Below, in pieces: positions 25,580-33,928 of a stretch of DNA of 64,000 nt (its first letter is position 1; each line of letters opens with the position of its first letter). A model generated the notes under the pieces. That model did not search any database. It was not told where the DNA came from and saw only the letters and a list, made by a program, of their open reading frames with translations. A program made the translations under genes and the position numbers. Source of the DNA: Actinomycetota bacterium (lineage in GTDB: Bacteria > Actinomycetota > Rubrobacteria > Rubrobacterales > Rubrobacteraceae); NCBI GenBank assembly GCA_004563715.1, contig SIRX01000021.1, positions 1,580-65,579 of the forward strand, written 5' to 3'.

Positions 25580-26282
25580 CCTCTTTCCTCCCGCCGAATA
25601 TAACCGTGGACAGGTACGTGCCCTCCCGCCCGACCATCTCCCGGGCCCGGACCACCTCCTCGCCGGCCACGCCGAGCCGGGCACCGTACACGGCGTCGTC
25701 CAGCCTCCCGGCCCTCTCGGCCGTGCGCAGCACCTCGCCAAGCCGGCCACCGCCCTTGTAGCAGACCACCGTCTCGAAGCTGGAGAGGGCCTCCGAGAGC
25801 GCCTCCTCCCCAGCCGTAAACGGCAGCAGCGCGAGGCGCGCGTCTCCCTCGAGCAGGACCGTTCCGCTCTTTGAAGCGAGGTCCTGCATCGCCGTTATGC
25901 CGGGCACCGTCTCAACGGTGGCCCCCGGCAGCCTCTCCCGCACGGCCCGCGCCAGGTAGGAGAATGTGGAGTAGACGTTCGGGTCCCCGATGGTCGCGAA
26001 GGCGCAGTCCCTGTTCTCTCTGAGGGCCTGAGACACGGTATCTGCAGCGCACCTCCAGTTCCGCTCGCGGGCCCCGCGGTCGTCGGAGAGGGCAAAGAGC
26101 AGGCGCTTTACACGGTCTTTCCGCAGGTAGGCCCGCACCGTGGCCTCCGCCCGGCCGACCTCCCCGGTGTCCGAAACGGGGACGAACACCTCGTCGGCCC
26201 CCCGCAGCACGCGTAGGCCCTTTACCGTGAGCAACTCCGGGTCCCCCGGACCCACGCCCACCCCGACGAGCCGCCCGCTCAC
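25572..26282 (-). CDS. cobI: Precorrin-2 / cobalt-precorrin-2 C20-methyltransferase
   Basis: Contains LVGVGVGPGDPELLTVKG and ATIGDPNVYSTFSY. The GTG start overlaps the cobB stop (GTGA). Confidence 0.85.
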   Translation of the reverse strand: MSGRLVGVGVGPGDPELLTVKGLRVLRGADEVFVPVSDTGEVGRAEATVRAYLRKDRVKRLLFALSDDRGARERNWRCAADTVSQALRENRDCAFATIGDPNVYSTFSYLARAVRERLPGATVETVPGITAMQDLASKSGTVLLEGDARLALLPFTAGEEALSEALSSFETVVCYKGGGRLGEVLRTAERAGRLDDAVYGARLGVAGEEVVRAREMVGREGTYLSTVIFGGRKEVG

Positions 26283-27637
26283 GCCCGCGCTCCCGTCCTC
26301 CGCGCCGCCTGCAAAAGACGCCGCGGCACCTCCGGGGTCGCGGCCCAGTGGGTGTGCAGGTAGCTAGCGTGCAGGTTGCCCCGAACAAAGCCCTCGGGAC
26401 CACGACCCGGCATCTCCCACGCCGGGCTCTCACCGGACCCGGGCTCGACGGCCGAGTAGTGGAACTCGTGGCCGCGTACGGCCGTACCCGCCACCGCCAG
26501 CGGAGAGTCGGCCGCCGCCCGCGCCTCCCGGTAGCCCAGGATCAGCCGGTTCGTCATCCGGGCCCGCGCCTCCAAGACACCGCACATCCCGTGCCCGTCC
26601 AGCTCCTCCGACAGGTACAGCAGGCCACCGCACTCGGCGGCGACCGGACGGTCCTCCGATACGAAACGCCGCACCACGCTTTTCAGGGGCTCGTTAGCGG
26701 AGAGGACTTCGGCGTAGCTCTCCGGGAAGCCGCCGCCGATGTAGAGGACCTCCGCGCCTTCGGGGAGACGCTCGTCGGCGGTCGGGTCGAAGAAGGAGAT
26801 CTCCGCGCCCGCGCCCCCCAGGAGCTCCAGGTTATCCTCGTAGACAAAGCTAAAGGACGGGCCGGCGGCGACCGCGACGCGCACCGGCGGCCCCGGCTCC
26901 GGCGCTTCGGGGCTCCAGGGCGCGGCTGTAGAGGGTCCACTGGAGCGGGCGAGACGCAGGACACCCGCCAGGTCGCAGGAGCGGGCAACTGCCTGACCCA
27001 GTGTCTTCAGGGCGTCGCGGGCTTCGGGGCGGCGTTCGGCGACCGGCACGAGGCCGAGGTGCCGGTCCGGGGCCCGGAGCCCCTCGTCGCGGGGCAGGGC
27101 ACCGAGGATCGGGATGCCGAGCGGTTCGAGGGCCTCGCGGAGCATTTCCTCGTGCCTCCCGGAGCCGACGCGGTTCAGTACTACGCTGGCGACCCGCACC
27201 CCCGGGTCGAAGGTCGCGTAACCATGCACCAGCGCCGCCGCCGAGCGGGCCATCGCGGCGGCGTCCACGACCAGTAAGACGGGGGCGTCCAGGAGCTTGG
27301 CCACTTGCGCCGTGGAGGCGAGATCCCCGCCACCGCCCTTGCCGTCGAAAAGGCCCATGACGCCCTCGATCACGGCTATCTCCGCGCCGCGCGACCCGTG
27401 GGCAAAGAGTGGCCCGATGAGGTCCGGCCCGGAGAGAAAGGCGTCCAGGTTACGCCCGGGACGGCCGGTGGCGAGGGCATGGTACGAGGGGTCTATAAAG
27501 TCCGGGCCAACCTTGAACGGCGCGACCTCGCAGCCCCTCGCGGAGAGCGCGGCCATCAGGCCGGAGGCGACGGTGGTCTTTCCCACGCCCGAGTGGGTAC
27601 CAGCGACGACTACGCGGGGGAGCGAGGTCGCTACCAC
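26279..27637 (-). CDS. cobB: Cobyrinate a,c-diamide synthase
   Basis: Contains VVVAGTHSGVGKTTVASGL and GPDFIDPSYH, with a C-terminal GATase part ECGGLLYL. The GTG 27637 start overlaps the cobO stop by 7 nt. The track ORF is over-extended to 28021. Confidence 0.85.
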   Translation of the reverse strand: MVATSLPRVVVAGTHSGVGKTTVASGLMAALSARGCEVAPFKVGPDFIDPSYHALATGRPGRNLDAFLSGPDLIGPLFAHGSRGAEIAVIEGVMGLFDGKGGGGDLASTAQVAKLLDAPVLLVVDAAAMARSAAALVHGYATFDPGVRVASVVLNRVGSGRHEEMLREALEPLGIPILGALPRDEGLRAPDRHLGLVPVAERRPEARDALKTLGQAVARSCDLAGVLRLARSSGPSTAAPWSPEAPEPGPPVRVAVAAGPSFSFVYEDNLELLGGAGAEISFFDPTADERLPEGAEVLYIGGGFPESYAEVLSANEPLKSVVRRFVSEDRPVAAECGGLLYLSEELDGHGMCGVLEARARMTNRLILGYREARAAADSPLAVAGTAVRGHEFHYSAVEPGSGESPAWEMPGRGPEGFVRGNLHASYLHTHWAATPEVPRRLLQAARRTGARA

Positions 27638-28212
27638 TCGATCCCCTTCTGTCCCCGGTACCCCTCGTCCATCGGGTGCTTCACCTTGCGCACCTCGCTG
27701 ACGAGGTCGGCGGCCTCCACCAGCTCTTGTGGCGCGTCGCGGCCCGTAACGATGACGTGCTGGAAACCGGGACGGTTCTCCAGAACCTCCACCACCTCGC
27801 GGGTATCCACCCAGCCGAACTTCATCGGGTAGGTAAACTCGTCCAGCAGGAGCATGTCGTAGGTCTCGTCGGCCAGCCGGCGCTTGACCTCCTCCCAGCC
27901 TTCGCGGGCGAGTTCGGCGGAGTGCTCGATGTCTCTCACGGTCCAGGTCCAGCCGTCGCCCATCTTGAACCAGTCTATGTTGCCCAGCCGCTCGGCCGCC
28001 TGCTGTTCGCCGACGTTCCACTTGCCGCTCTTGACGAACTGGTAGACCCCGACGCGGTAGCCCCGCGCCCAGCCGCGGAGCATAACCCCGAACGCCGCCG
28101 TGCTCTTCCCCTTGCCGTGCCCGGTGTTGACCAGGAGCAAGGGCCGCTCCCGCCGGGAGCGTTGCCTCAACCGCTCCTCCCGGGGCCTCCGAACTCCCTG
28201 CGACTCGCTCAC
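27631..28212 (-). CDS. cobO: Cob(I)yrinic acid a,c-diamide adenosyltransferase (CobO/BtuR type)
   Basis: Contains LLLVNTGHGKGKSTAAFG, LLLDEFTY and VKHP. GTG 28212 overlaps the stop of the upstream gene (GTGA). Confidence 0.85.
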   Translation of the reverse strand: MSESQGVRRPREERLRQRSRRERPLLLVNTGHGKGKSTAAFGVMLRGWARGYRVGVYQFVKSGKWNVGEQQAAERLGNIDWFKMGDGWTWTVRDIEHSAELAREGWEEVKRRLADETYDMLLLDEFTYPMKFGWVDTREVVEVLENRPGFQHVIVTGRDAPQELVEAADLVSEVRKVKHPMDEGYRGQKGIEW

Positions 28213-30158
28213 GCTACGCGCCTCCTCTCGACCAGTTCGACCAGCGCGTCGGCCCGCAACTCCTCCAGGCGCAGGCACCGCGCTCCCATAGCTTCCGCCA
28301 CCCGCGGTGCCAGGCCCAACCTCACGGGACCATCCTCGGTGTCCACCACGACGGCGGACGCGCCCAATCTTCGCAACCTCTTCGCCACCCCCAGGGGATC
28401 GGCCCCCGCCGTGGCTCGTCCGTCGGTGAGCAGCACCACGAGCGGCCGCCGCTCCTTCTCCCGGAGCGCCTCGCGGGAGACTACCTCCGCTGCCAAGAGC
28501 AGCCCCGCCGCGAGCGGCGTCCGCCCCCCGGTTGGCAGCTCCCCGAGCCGGGCGGCGGCAAGCTCGACGCCCGAAGTCGGCTCCAACAGCACCCGGGCGC
28601 CCTCGCCCCGAAAGGATACTACGCCGATCTTGTCGCGCCGCTGGTAGGCGTCGGTGAGAAGGGCGAGCACGGCGCCCTTTACGGCACCCATGCGCCGCCG
28701 CGCCGCCATCGAGCCGCTCGCGTCCACCACGAAGAGCACCAGGTTCCCCTCCCGGCCTTCGCGCAGGTTCTCCCGCAGGTCCTCACGGCGCAGGACCAGC
28801 CCGCTCCCCGTCCGACCTCGTGACTTCTGGCGCGGCGCTGCTGTCCTCAGCGTCGCCGCCAGCGCCACGTCAGCCGGTGACGCCCCGCCCTCCCGGTCGC
28901 CCACGGGGAGGCCGTGGGCGCCCACGACCCGGCTCCGGCGTCCGAGGGGGCCTCCGCGGCCCTTTTCCTGCACCTCCAGGCGTGCGGGATCGAAGAACCC
29001 CGACGCGGAGAACTTCCGCTCGCCGGCGCCCGCACGCCGCTCGTCGGGCTCCGGGCTGGTGTTGGACGGGGCTCGACCGGCGCTGTCCCCCCGCCCATTA
29101 CCCGGCGGGAGCTCACCGTCCGGCGGGTCCGGTTCGGGATCGGGGTCTTGGTCGCCGGAGAGGGCGTTGTCCAGCTCGTCGGGGTCTATGCCGGGGTCTT
29201 CGAAAGGGTTGCGCCGGCGGCGGTGCGAGAGGGCGAGCAGGGCCGCCCGGCGCACGTCGCCGGTCTCCACCGCGCCGCGCGCCTCCCAAGCGGCCAGGGC
29301 CCGGGCGGCCTTCGCCGTCACCAGGTCGCCGCGCAGACCATCCACGCCGAGCCTGGCGCAGAGGACGGCGATCCTGTGCAGCGACGCGTCGGAGAGGCGG
29401 GTAGAAGGGAGCCGTTCGCGGGCCGCCCGGACGCCGCGCGCCAGCTCCTCGTCTGCGACCTCCCACTCGTGGGCGAACCCGGCCGGGTCCGACTCGTAGC
29501 GCAGGCGGCGGCGCACGATCTCCACCCTCTCCGCGGCGTCGGGGGTGCCGGAGACCTCGACCGTGATGCCGAACCGGTCCAGCAGCTGCGGCCGCAGTTC
29601 CCCCTCCTCGGGGTTCATCGTCCCGACCAGCAGAAAGCGCGCCGGGTGCCGGACGCTGACGCCCTCGCGCTCGACGTAGTTGGTCCCCATCGCCGCCACG
29701 TCCAGCAGCAGGTCCACGAGGTGGTCGGAGAGCAGATTCACCTCGTCCACGTACAGGATGCCCCGATGCGCCGCGGCGAGCAGGCCCGGCTCGAACGCCT
29801 TTACGCCTTCCGTCAGCGCCTTCTCGATGTCCAGCGTGCCCGTCAGACGGTCCGTACTCGCCCCGACCGGAAGCTCAACGAGCCGCGCGGCACGAACCTC
29901 AGAGGGAGCGTCGGGCGGGTGCGGACCCGCCGGGCACTCCGGGTTCGGCTCCCGAGGATCGCAGGAGTACGGGCAGCCGGCCACGACCTCCACGGGCGGC
30001 AACAGGTCCGCGAGCGCCCGCACGGCGGTGGACTTGGCGGTTCCCTTCTCGCCGCGCACCAGCACCCCACCAACCTCCGGGGAGACGGCGTTCAGGAGCA
30101 GGGCCAGCTTCAGGTCCTCCTGCCCGACGATGGCGGAGAACGGGTACGGGGCGCTCAT
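28209..30158 (-). CDS. ChlI/ChlD-type AAA+ and vWA fusion, the likely ATPase partner of CobN cobaltochelatase
   Basis: The AAA+ part has FSAIVGQEDLKLALLLNAV..VLVRGEKGTAKST..ILYVDEVNLL. A Pro/Asp-rich linker follows. The vWA part has LVLFVVDASGSM..LLTDGRA. ATG 30158 overlaps the cobN stop (ATGA). Confidence 0.8.
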   Translation of the reverse strand: MSAPYPFSAIVGQEDLKLALLLNAVSPEVGGVLVRGEKGTAKSTAVRALADLLPPVEVVAGCPYSCDPREPNPECPAGPHPPDAPSEVRAARLVELPVGASTDRLTGTLDIEKALTEGVKAFEPGLLAAAHRGILYVDEVNLLSDHLVDLLLDVAAMGTNYVEREGVSVRHPARFLLVGTMNPEEGELRPQLLDRFGITVEVSGTPDAAERVEIVRRRLRYESDPAGFAHEWEVADEELARGVRAARERLPSTRLSDASLHRIAVLCARLGVDGLRGDLVTAKAARALAAWEARGAVETGDVRRAALLALSHRRRRNPFEDPGIDPDELDNALSGDQDPDPEPDPPDGELPPGNGRGDSAGRAPSNTSPEPDERRAGAGERKFSASGFFDPARLEVQEKGRGGPLGRRSRVVGAHGLPVGDREGGASPADVALAATLRTAAPRQKSRGRTGSGLVLRREDLRENLREGREGNLVLFVVDASGSMAARRRMGAVKGAVLALLTDAYQRRDKIGVVSFRGEGARVLLEPTSGVELAAARLGELPTGGRTPLAAGLLLAAEVVSREALREKERRPLVVLLTDGRATAGADPLGVAKRLRRLGASAVVVDTEDGPVRLGLAPRVAEAMGARCLRLEELRADALVELVERRRVA

Positions 30159-33100
30159 TCGCGATCCTCCAGCATACCCTCGTTCTCCAGGTAGACGGCT
30201 TTGAGGGCTTCCAGGTCTCCCGGGTCGGGGTCGGACCACAGGCCGCGATCAGCAGCTTCGATGAGGCGTTCGCTTATGGCGCGCAGCGCCCAGGGGTTCG
30301 ATTCTTGCATGAAGGCGCGGACCTGCTCGTCCAGGACGTACTTGCGGGTTACGTCGCGGTACATCCAGTCCTCCACGACGTTCGCGGTGGCGTCGTAGCC
30401 AAAAATGTAGTCTACGGTGGCGGAGAGCTCGAAAGCGCCCTTGTAGCCGTGGCGTTGCATGGCCTCGATCCATTTCGGGTTCGCCACGCGGGAGCGGAAG
30501 ACGCGGCGGGCTTCTTCGGCCAGGTCGCGGGTTTTGAGGCGGGACGGGTCGGCGGAGTCGCCGATGTAGCCTTTCGGGTCGCGGCCGGTTAGGGCGCGGA
30601 TCGCAGAGATCATACCCCCGTGGTACTGGAAGTAGTCGTCGGAGTCGAAGAGGTCGTGCTCGCGGTTGTCCACGTTTTTTACGGCGACCTCGGTGCGCCG
30701 CAGGTTGTCTTCCATCGCCCCCCGGGCCTCGACGCCGTCCAGGCCCTTGCCGTAGGCGTAGCCGCCCCACACGGCGTAGACCTCGGCCAGATCCTGATCG
30801 TCCCGCCAGTTGCGGGCGTCAATTAGCGGGAGGAGCCCGGCCCCGTAGGCCCCGGGCTTGGAGCCGAAGATGCGGGTGGTGGCCCGCCGGTCGTCGGCAC
30901 CAGAACGCCTTTCTTCTTCGGCGTGCTTCCTGATGAAGTTCAGGTCGCCGGGCTCGTCGAGGGCGGCGACCGCGCGGACAGCGTCGTCCAGGAGGGAGAT
31001 CAGGTTCGGAAAAGCGTCCCGGAAAAAGCCGCTGATCCTGACCGTCACGTCTATCCGGGGCCGGCCGAGGTCTCCGAGCGGGACGACCTCTATACCCGTC
31101 ACCCGCCGCGACTCCTCGTTCCAGACCGGGCGCACGCCCAGCAGAGCCAGGATCTCCGCGACATCGTCGCCCTGGGTCCGCATCGCCGCCGTTCCCCACA
31201 CCACGATGCCGACGGTTTCGGGGTACCGTCCCTCCTCGTCCAGGTATCGTCGCAGCAGGTCCTCGGCCAGCCCCTGGCCAACCTCCCAGGAGAGCCGGGA
31301 CGGCAGCGCCCTCGGGTCCACCGAGTAGAAGTTGCGCCCGGTGGGCAGCACGTTCACGAGCCCCCGCGTCGGGGAGCCGGACGGACCCGCCGGCACGTAA
31401 CCGCCCGCGAGCCCGCCCAGCAGGTTGCCCACCTCCTCCGGCGTGCGCGCGAGGCGCGGTACGACCTCGCGGGCGGCGAAGCGTAAGGCGCGGGCTACGC
31501 CCTCGTCTGCGACGCCGAGCACCGCTTCGCAGACGTTCTCAGCAGCGCCCGCGTTCCATCCATGCGCCTCCAGCGCCAGGAGCAGCGCCCCCTGGGCCTC
31601 TTCCAACCGGTCCAGGAGGTCGGAGGCCGTCGCCGCCGGGCCGGGAAAGCGTCCGGTGAGCGCCGCCGCCGGCGCTTCGACCCGGATGCCCCCGTTCTCC
31701 GAGAGGGCCCGCTCGTTCAGGCCGAAGGCCGCGCCGACGGCCCGCCGCAACCCTGGCACCTCGCCCGCGTCGAGGCGCAGGATGGCGGCTACCAGGTGGC
31801 GCAGAGGCTCGCCCTCGGGAGCTTCGCCCAAGACGTGGAGGCCGTCCCGGATGGGGAGGTCCTTGATCTCGCACAGGTACCCGTCCACGTGGGTGAGGAA
31901 GTCGTCGAACTCCTCCGGCTGCTCCTCAACCCCGAGATCCCGGTGCAACTCCGCGTCGCGCAGCGTCTCCCAGATCCGGACCCTTATGGCGGGCAGCTTT
32001 GAGGGGCCGAGCGTCTCCACCTGGTAGTACTCGTCCAGGAGCTGCTCCAACCTCGCCAGGTCATCGTAAGTCTCGGCCCGGGTCATCGGCGGGATCAGGT
32101 GGTCCACCACCGTCGCGTGCGCCCGCCGCTTGGCCTGGGTCCCCTCGCCGGGATCGTTGACGACGAACGGGTAGAAGAGCGGCACCTCCCGGAGCGCCGC
32201 GTCCGGAGCGCAGGAGGGCGAGAGCCCCAGGGACTTGCCCGGCAGCCACTCCAACGTGCCGTGCTTGCCGAGGTGAACCACCGCGTCGGCCCCGAACTCC
32301 TCTATGAGCCACCAGTACGCGGCCAGGTAGTGGTGCGTCGGCGGCAGGTCGGGGTCATGGTAGACGGCGATGGGGTTCTCGCCAAAACCCCGCGGCGGCT
32401 GGATGCCGACAAAAACGTTTCCGAACCTCAGGCCGGCGACGACGAGCTCCCCGTCTTTTACGTAGAGCTCACCCGGGGGCGGCCCCCAGTGCTCCTCGAC
32501 CTCGTGGCGCAGGTCCTCCGGCAGCCCCGCAAACCACCGCGCGTAGCGCCGGGCGTCGAGCCGGCCGGCCGCGCCGCCGAGCTGCTCGTCGGTCAGGAAC
32601 TCCAGGTCGTGACCGCCGGCGTCGATAAGGCTGTGGATCAGGTCGTCCCCATCGTCGGGCGCACCGTCTACCCGGTACCCGGCCTCACGCAGCGCCGCCA
32701 GCAGCCGCACCGCGCTGCGGGGGGTGTCCAGCCCCACGGCGTTGCCCACCCGGGAATGTTTGGTCGGGTAGTTGGAGAGCAGGATCGCGACCCGCTTCTC
32801 CCCGTTCGGGGTTCGGCGGAGGCTGGCGAAGCGGGCGGCTATCCCGGCGAGACGCCGCACGCGCTCCGGGTCGGCCCGGTAGACGGTGAGCTGCGCCCCG
32901 ACCGGAGTCTCGGCCAGACGCTCCTTGAAGGAAAACGGGACGGAGACGATGCGCCCGTCGAACTCCGGTATCGCCACCTGCCAGGCGGTATCGAGCGGCG
33001 AGAGACCGGCGTCAGACTTTATCCACGCCTCCCGGGAGGAGGTGGTGCAGATACCCTGCACCACCGGCAACCCCAGCTCCTCGAAGGCCGGGACCTCCCA

Positions 33101-33928
33101 CTCCAGCCACTCCTCCGGCGCGCCGTCCCGCCGGGCGTCGGCGGCGTTCGAGCCGCCGCTGGCGAGCACGGTCGTCACCAGGCAGTCCACGCGACCCCGC
33201 ACCAGATCCAGCGCGGAGACCCGCCCGCCAGCCTCCGCCCGCAGCGAGTAGCAGTAGACGGGCAGGGCGTTCGCCCCGGCTTCCTCTAAAGCCCGAACGA
33301 GCTCGTCCACGAAAGCCGTGTTGCCGCTCATCCAGTGGGTCCGGTAGAAGACCACCCCGACCGTCGGACGCTCCGGATCGTGCCGTGCATCCAGTTCATC
33401 GAGGGCAGCCACCTCCGACGACCACGGGTGGTAGAAACCGGCCTCCGGCAGTTCGTTCGCGGGCTCGAAACCAAACCCTTCCAGGAGCACCGTATCGGCG
33501 ACGAAGCGTAGGAGGTTCGCCATGTTGGCCACACCGCCGTAACGCAGGTACTCGAAGGCCTCGGCTACCACACCCGAGGGGACGGTGGAGGCCGCGGTCA
33601 GATCCGCGTCGGGTTCTGCCTCGCCGCCGAACGCCAGCAAGGGTACCCGGAGCTCCTCGCACCGGCGGCGGAGCTCCTCAACCCCCTCCGGCCACGCCTT
33701 ACGCCCCCCGAGCAACCGGACCATTACGGCCCGCGCCCCGTCGAGCAGTTCCTCCAGGGCTTCCGGCTCCCCCAGGTTCGCCGGGTTCGCGCAGCGGACT
33801 TCCGGGAAGCCATCCGGCAGCGACTCCGTGGCCTTCGCGACGGCCAGTATCTCCGTGTCGGCGGTAGTCAGGAAAAGCAACGAAGCTGCTGTTCGTCTCT
33901 CAAACGTCGGTGTGCCGGCCATCAGCAT
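30155..33928 (-). CDS. cobN: Cobaltochelatase large subunit CobN
   Basis: 1257 aa, CobN/Mg-chelatase H family over its whole length (..HLGKHGTLEWLPGK.., ..GGYVPAGPSGSPTRG..). Confidence 0.9.
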   Translation of the reverse strand: MLMAGTPTFERRTAASLLFLTTADTEILAVAKATESLPDGFPEVRCANPANLGEPEALEELLDGARAVMVRLLGGRKAWPEGVEELRRRCEELRVPLLAFGGEAEPDADLTAASTVPSGVVAEAFEYLRYGGVANMANLLRFVADTVLLEGFGFEPANELPEAGFYHPWSSEVAALDELDARHDPERPTVGVVFYRTHWMSGNTAFVDELVRALEEAGANALPVYCYSLRAEAGGRVSALDLVRGRVDCLVTTVLASGGSNAADARRDGAPEEWLEWEVPAFEELGLPVVQGICTTSSREAWIKSDAGLSPLDTAWQVAIPEFDGRIVSVPFSFKERLAETPVGAQLTVYRADPERVRRLAGIAARFASLRRTPNGEKRVAILLSNYPTKHSRVGNAVGLDTPRSAVRLLAALREAGYRVDGAPDDGDDLIHSLIDAGGHDLEFLTDEQLGGAAGRLDARRYARWFAGLPEDLRHEVEEHWGPPPGELYVKDGELVVAGLRFGNVFVGIQPPRGFGENPIAVYHDPDLPPTHHYLAAYWWLIEEFGADAVVHLGKHGTLEWLPGKSLGLSPSCAPDAALREVPLFYPFVVNDPGEGTQAKRRAHATVVDHLIPPMTRAETYDDLARLEQLLDEYYQVETLGPSKLPAIRVRIWETLRDAELHRDLGVEEQPEEFDDFLTHVDGYLCEIKDLPIRDGLHVLGEAPEGEPLRHLVAAILRLDAGEVPGLRRAVGAAFGLNERALSENGGIRVEAPAAALTGRFPGPAATASDLLDRLEEAQGALLLALEAHGWNAGAAENVCEAVLGVADEGVARALRFAAREVVPRLARTPEEVGNLLGGLAGGYVPAGPSGSPTRGLVNVLPTGRNFYSVDPRALPSRLSWEVGQGLAEDLLRRYLDEEGRYPETVGIVVWGTAAMRTQGDDVAEILALLGVRPVWNEESRRVTGIEVVPLGDLGRPRIDVTVRISGFFRDAFPNLISLLDDAVRAVAALDEPGDLNFIRKHAEEERRSGADDRRATTRIFGSKPGAYGAGLLPLIDARNWRDDQDLAEVYAVWGGYAYGKGLDGVEARGAMEDNLRRTEVAVKNVDNREHDLFDSDDYFQYHGGMISAIRALTGRDPKGYIGDSADPSRLKTRDLAEEARRVFRSRVANPKWIEAMQRHGYKGAFELSATVDYIFGYDATANVVEDWMYRDVTRKYVLDEQVRAFMQESNPWALRAISERLIEAADRGLWSDPDPGDLEALKAVYLENEGMLEDRE

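Noticed and set aside
28209-30158. ChlI/ChlD fusion as evidence for (bacterio)chlorophyll Mg-chelatase
   Set aside because: Its start overlaps the cobN stop and it sits inside a riboswitch-controlled cob operon. No other photopigment genes are present. A role as cobaltochelatase ATPase partner is far more likely.
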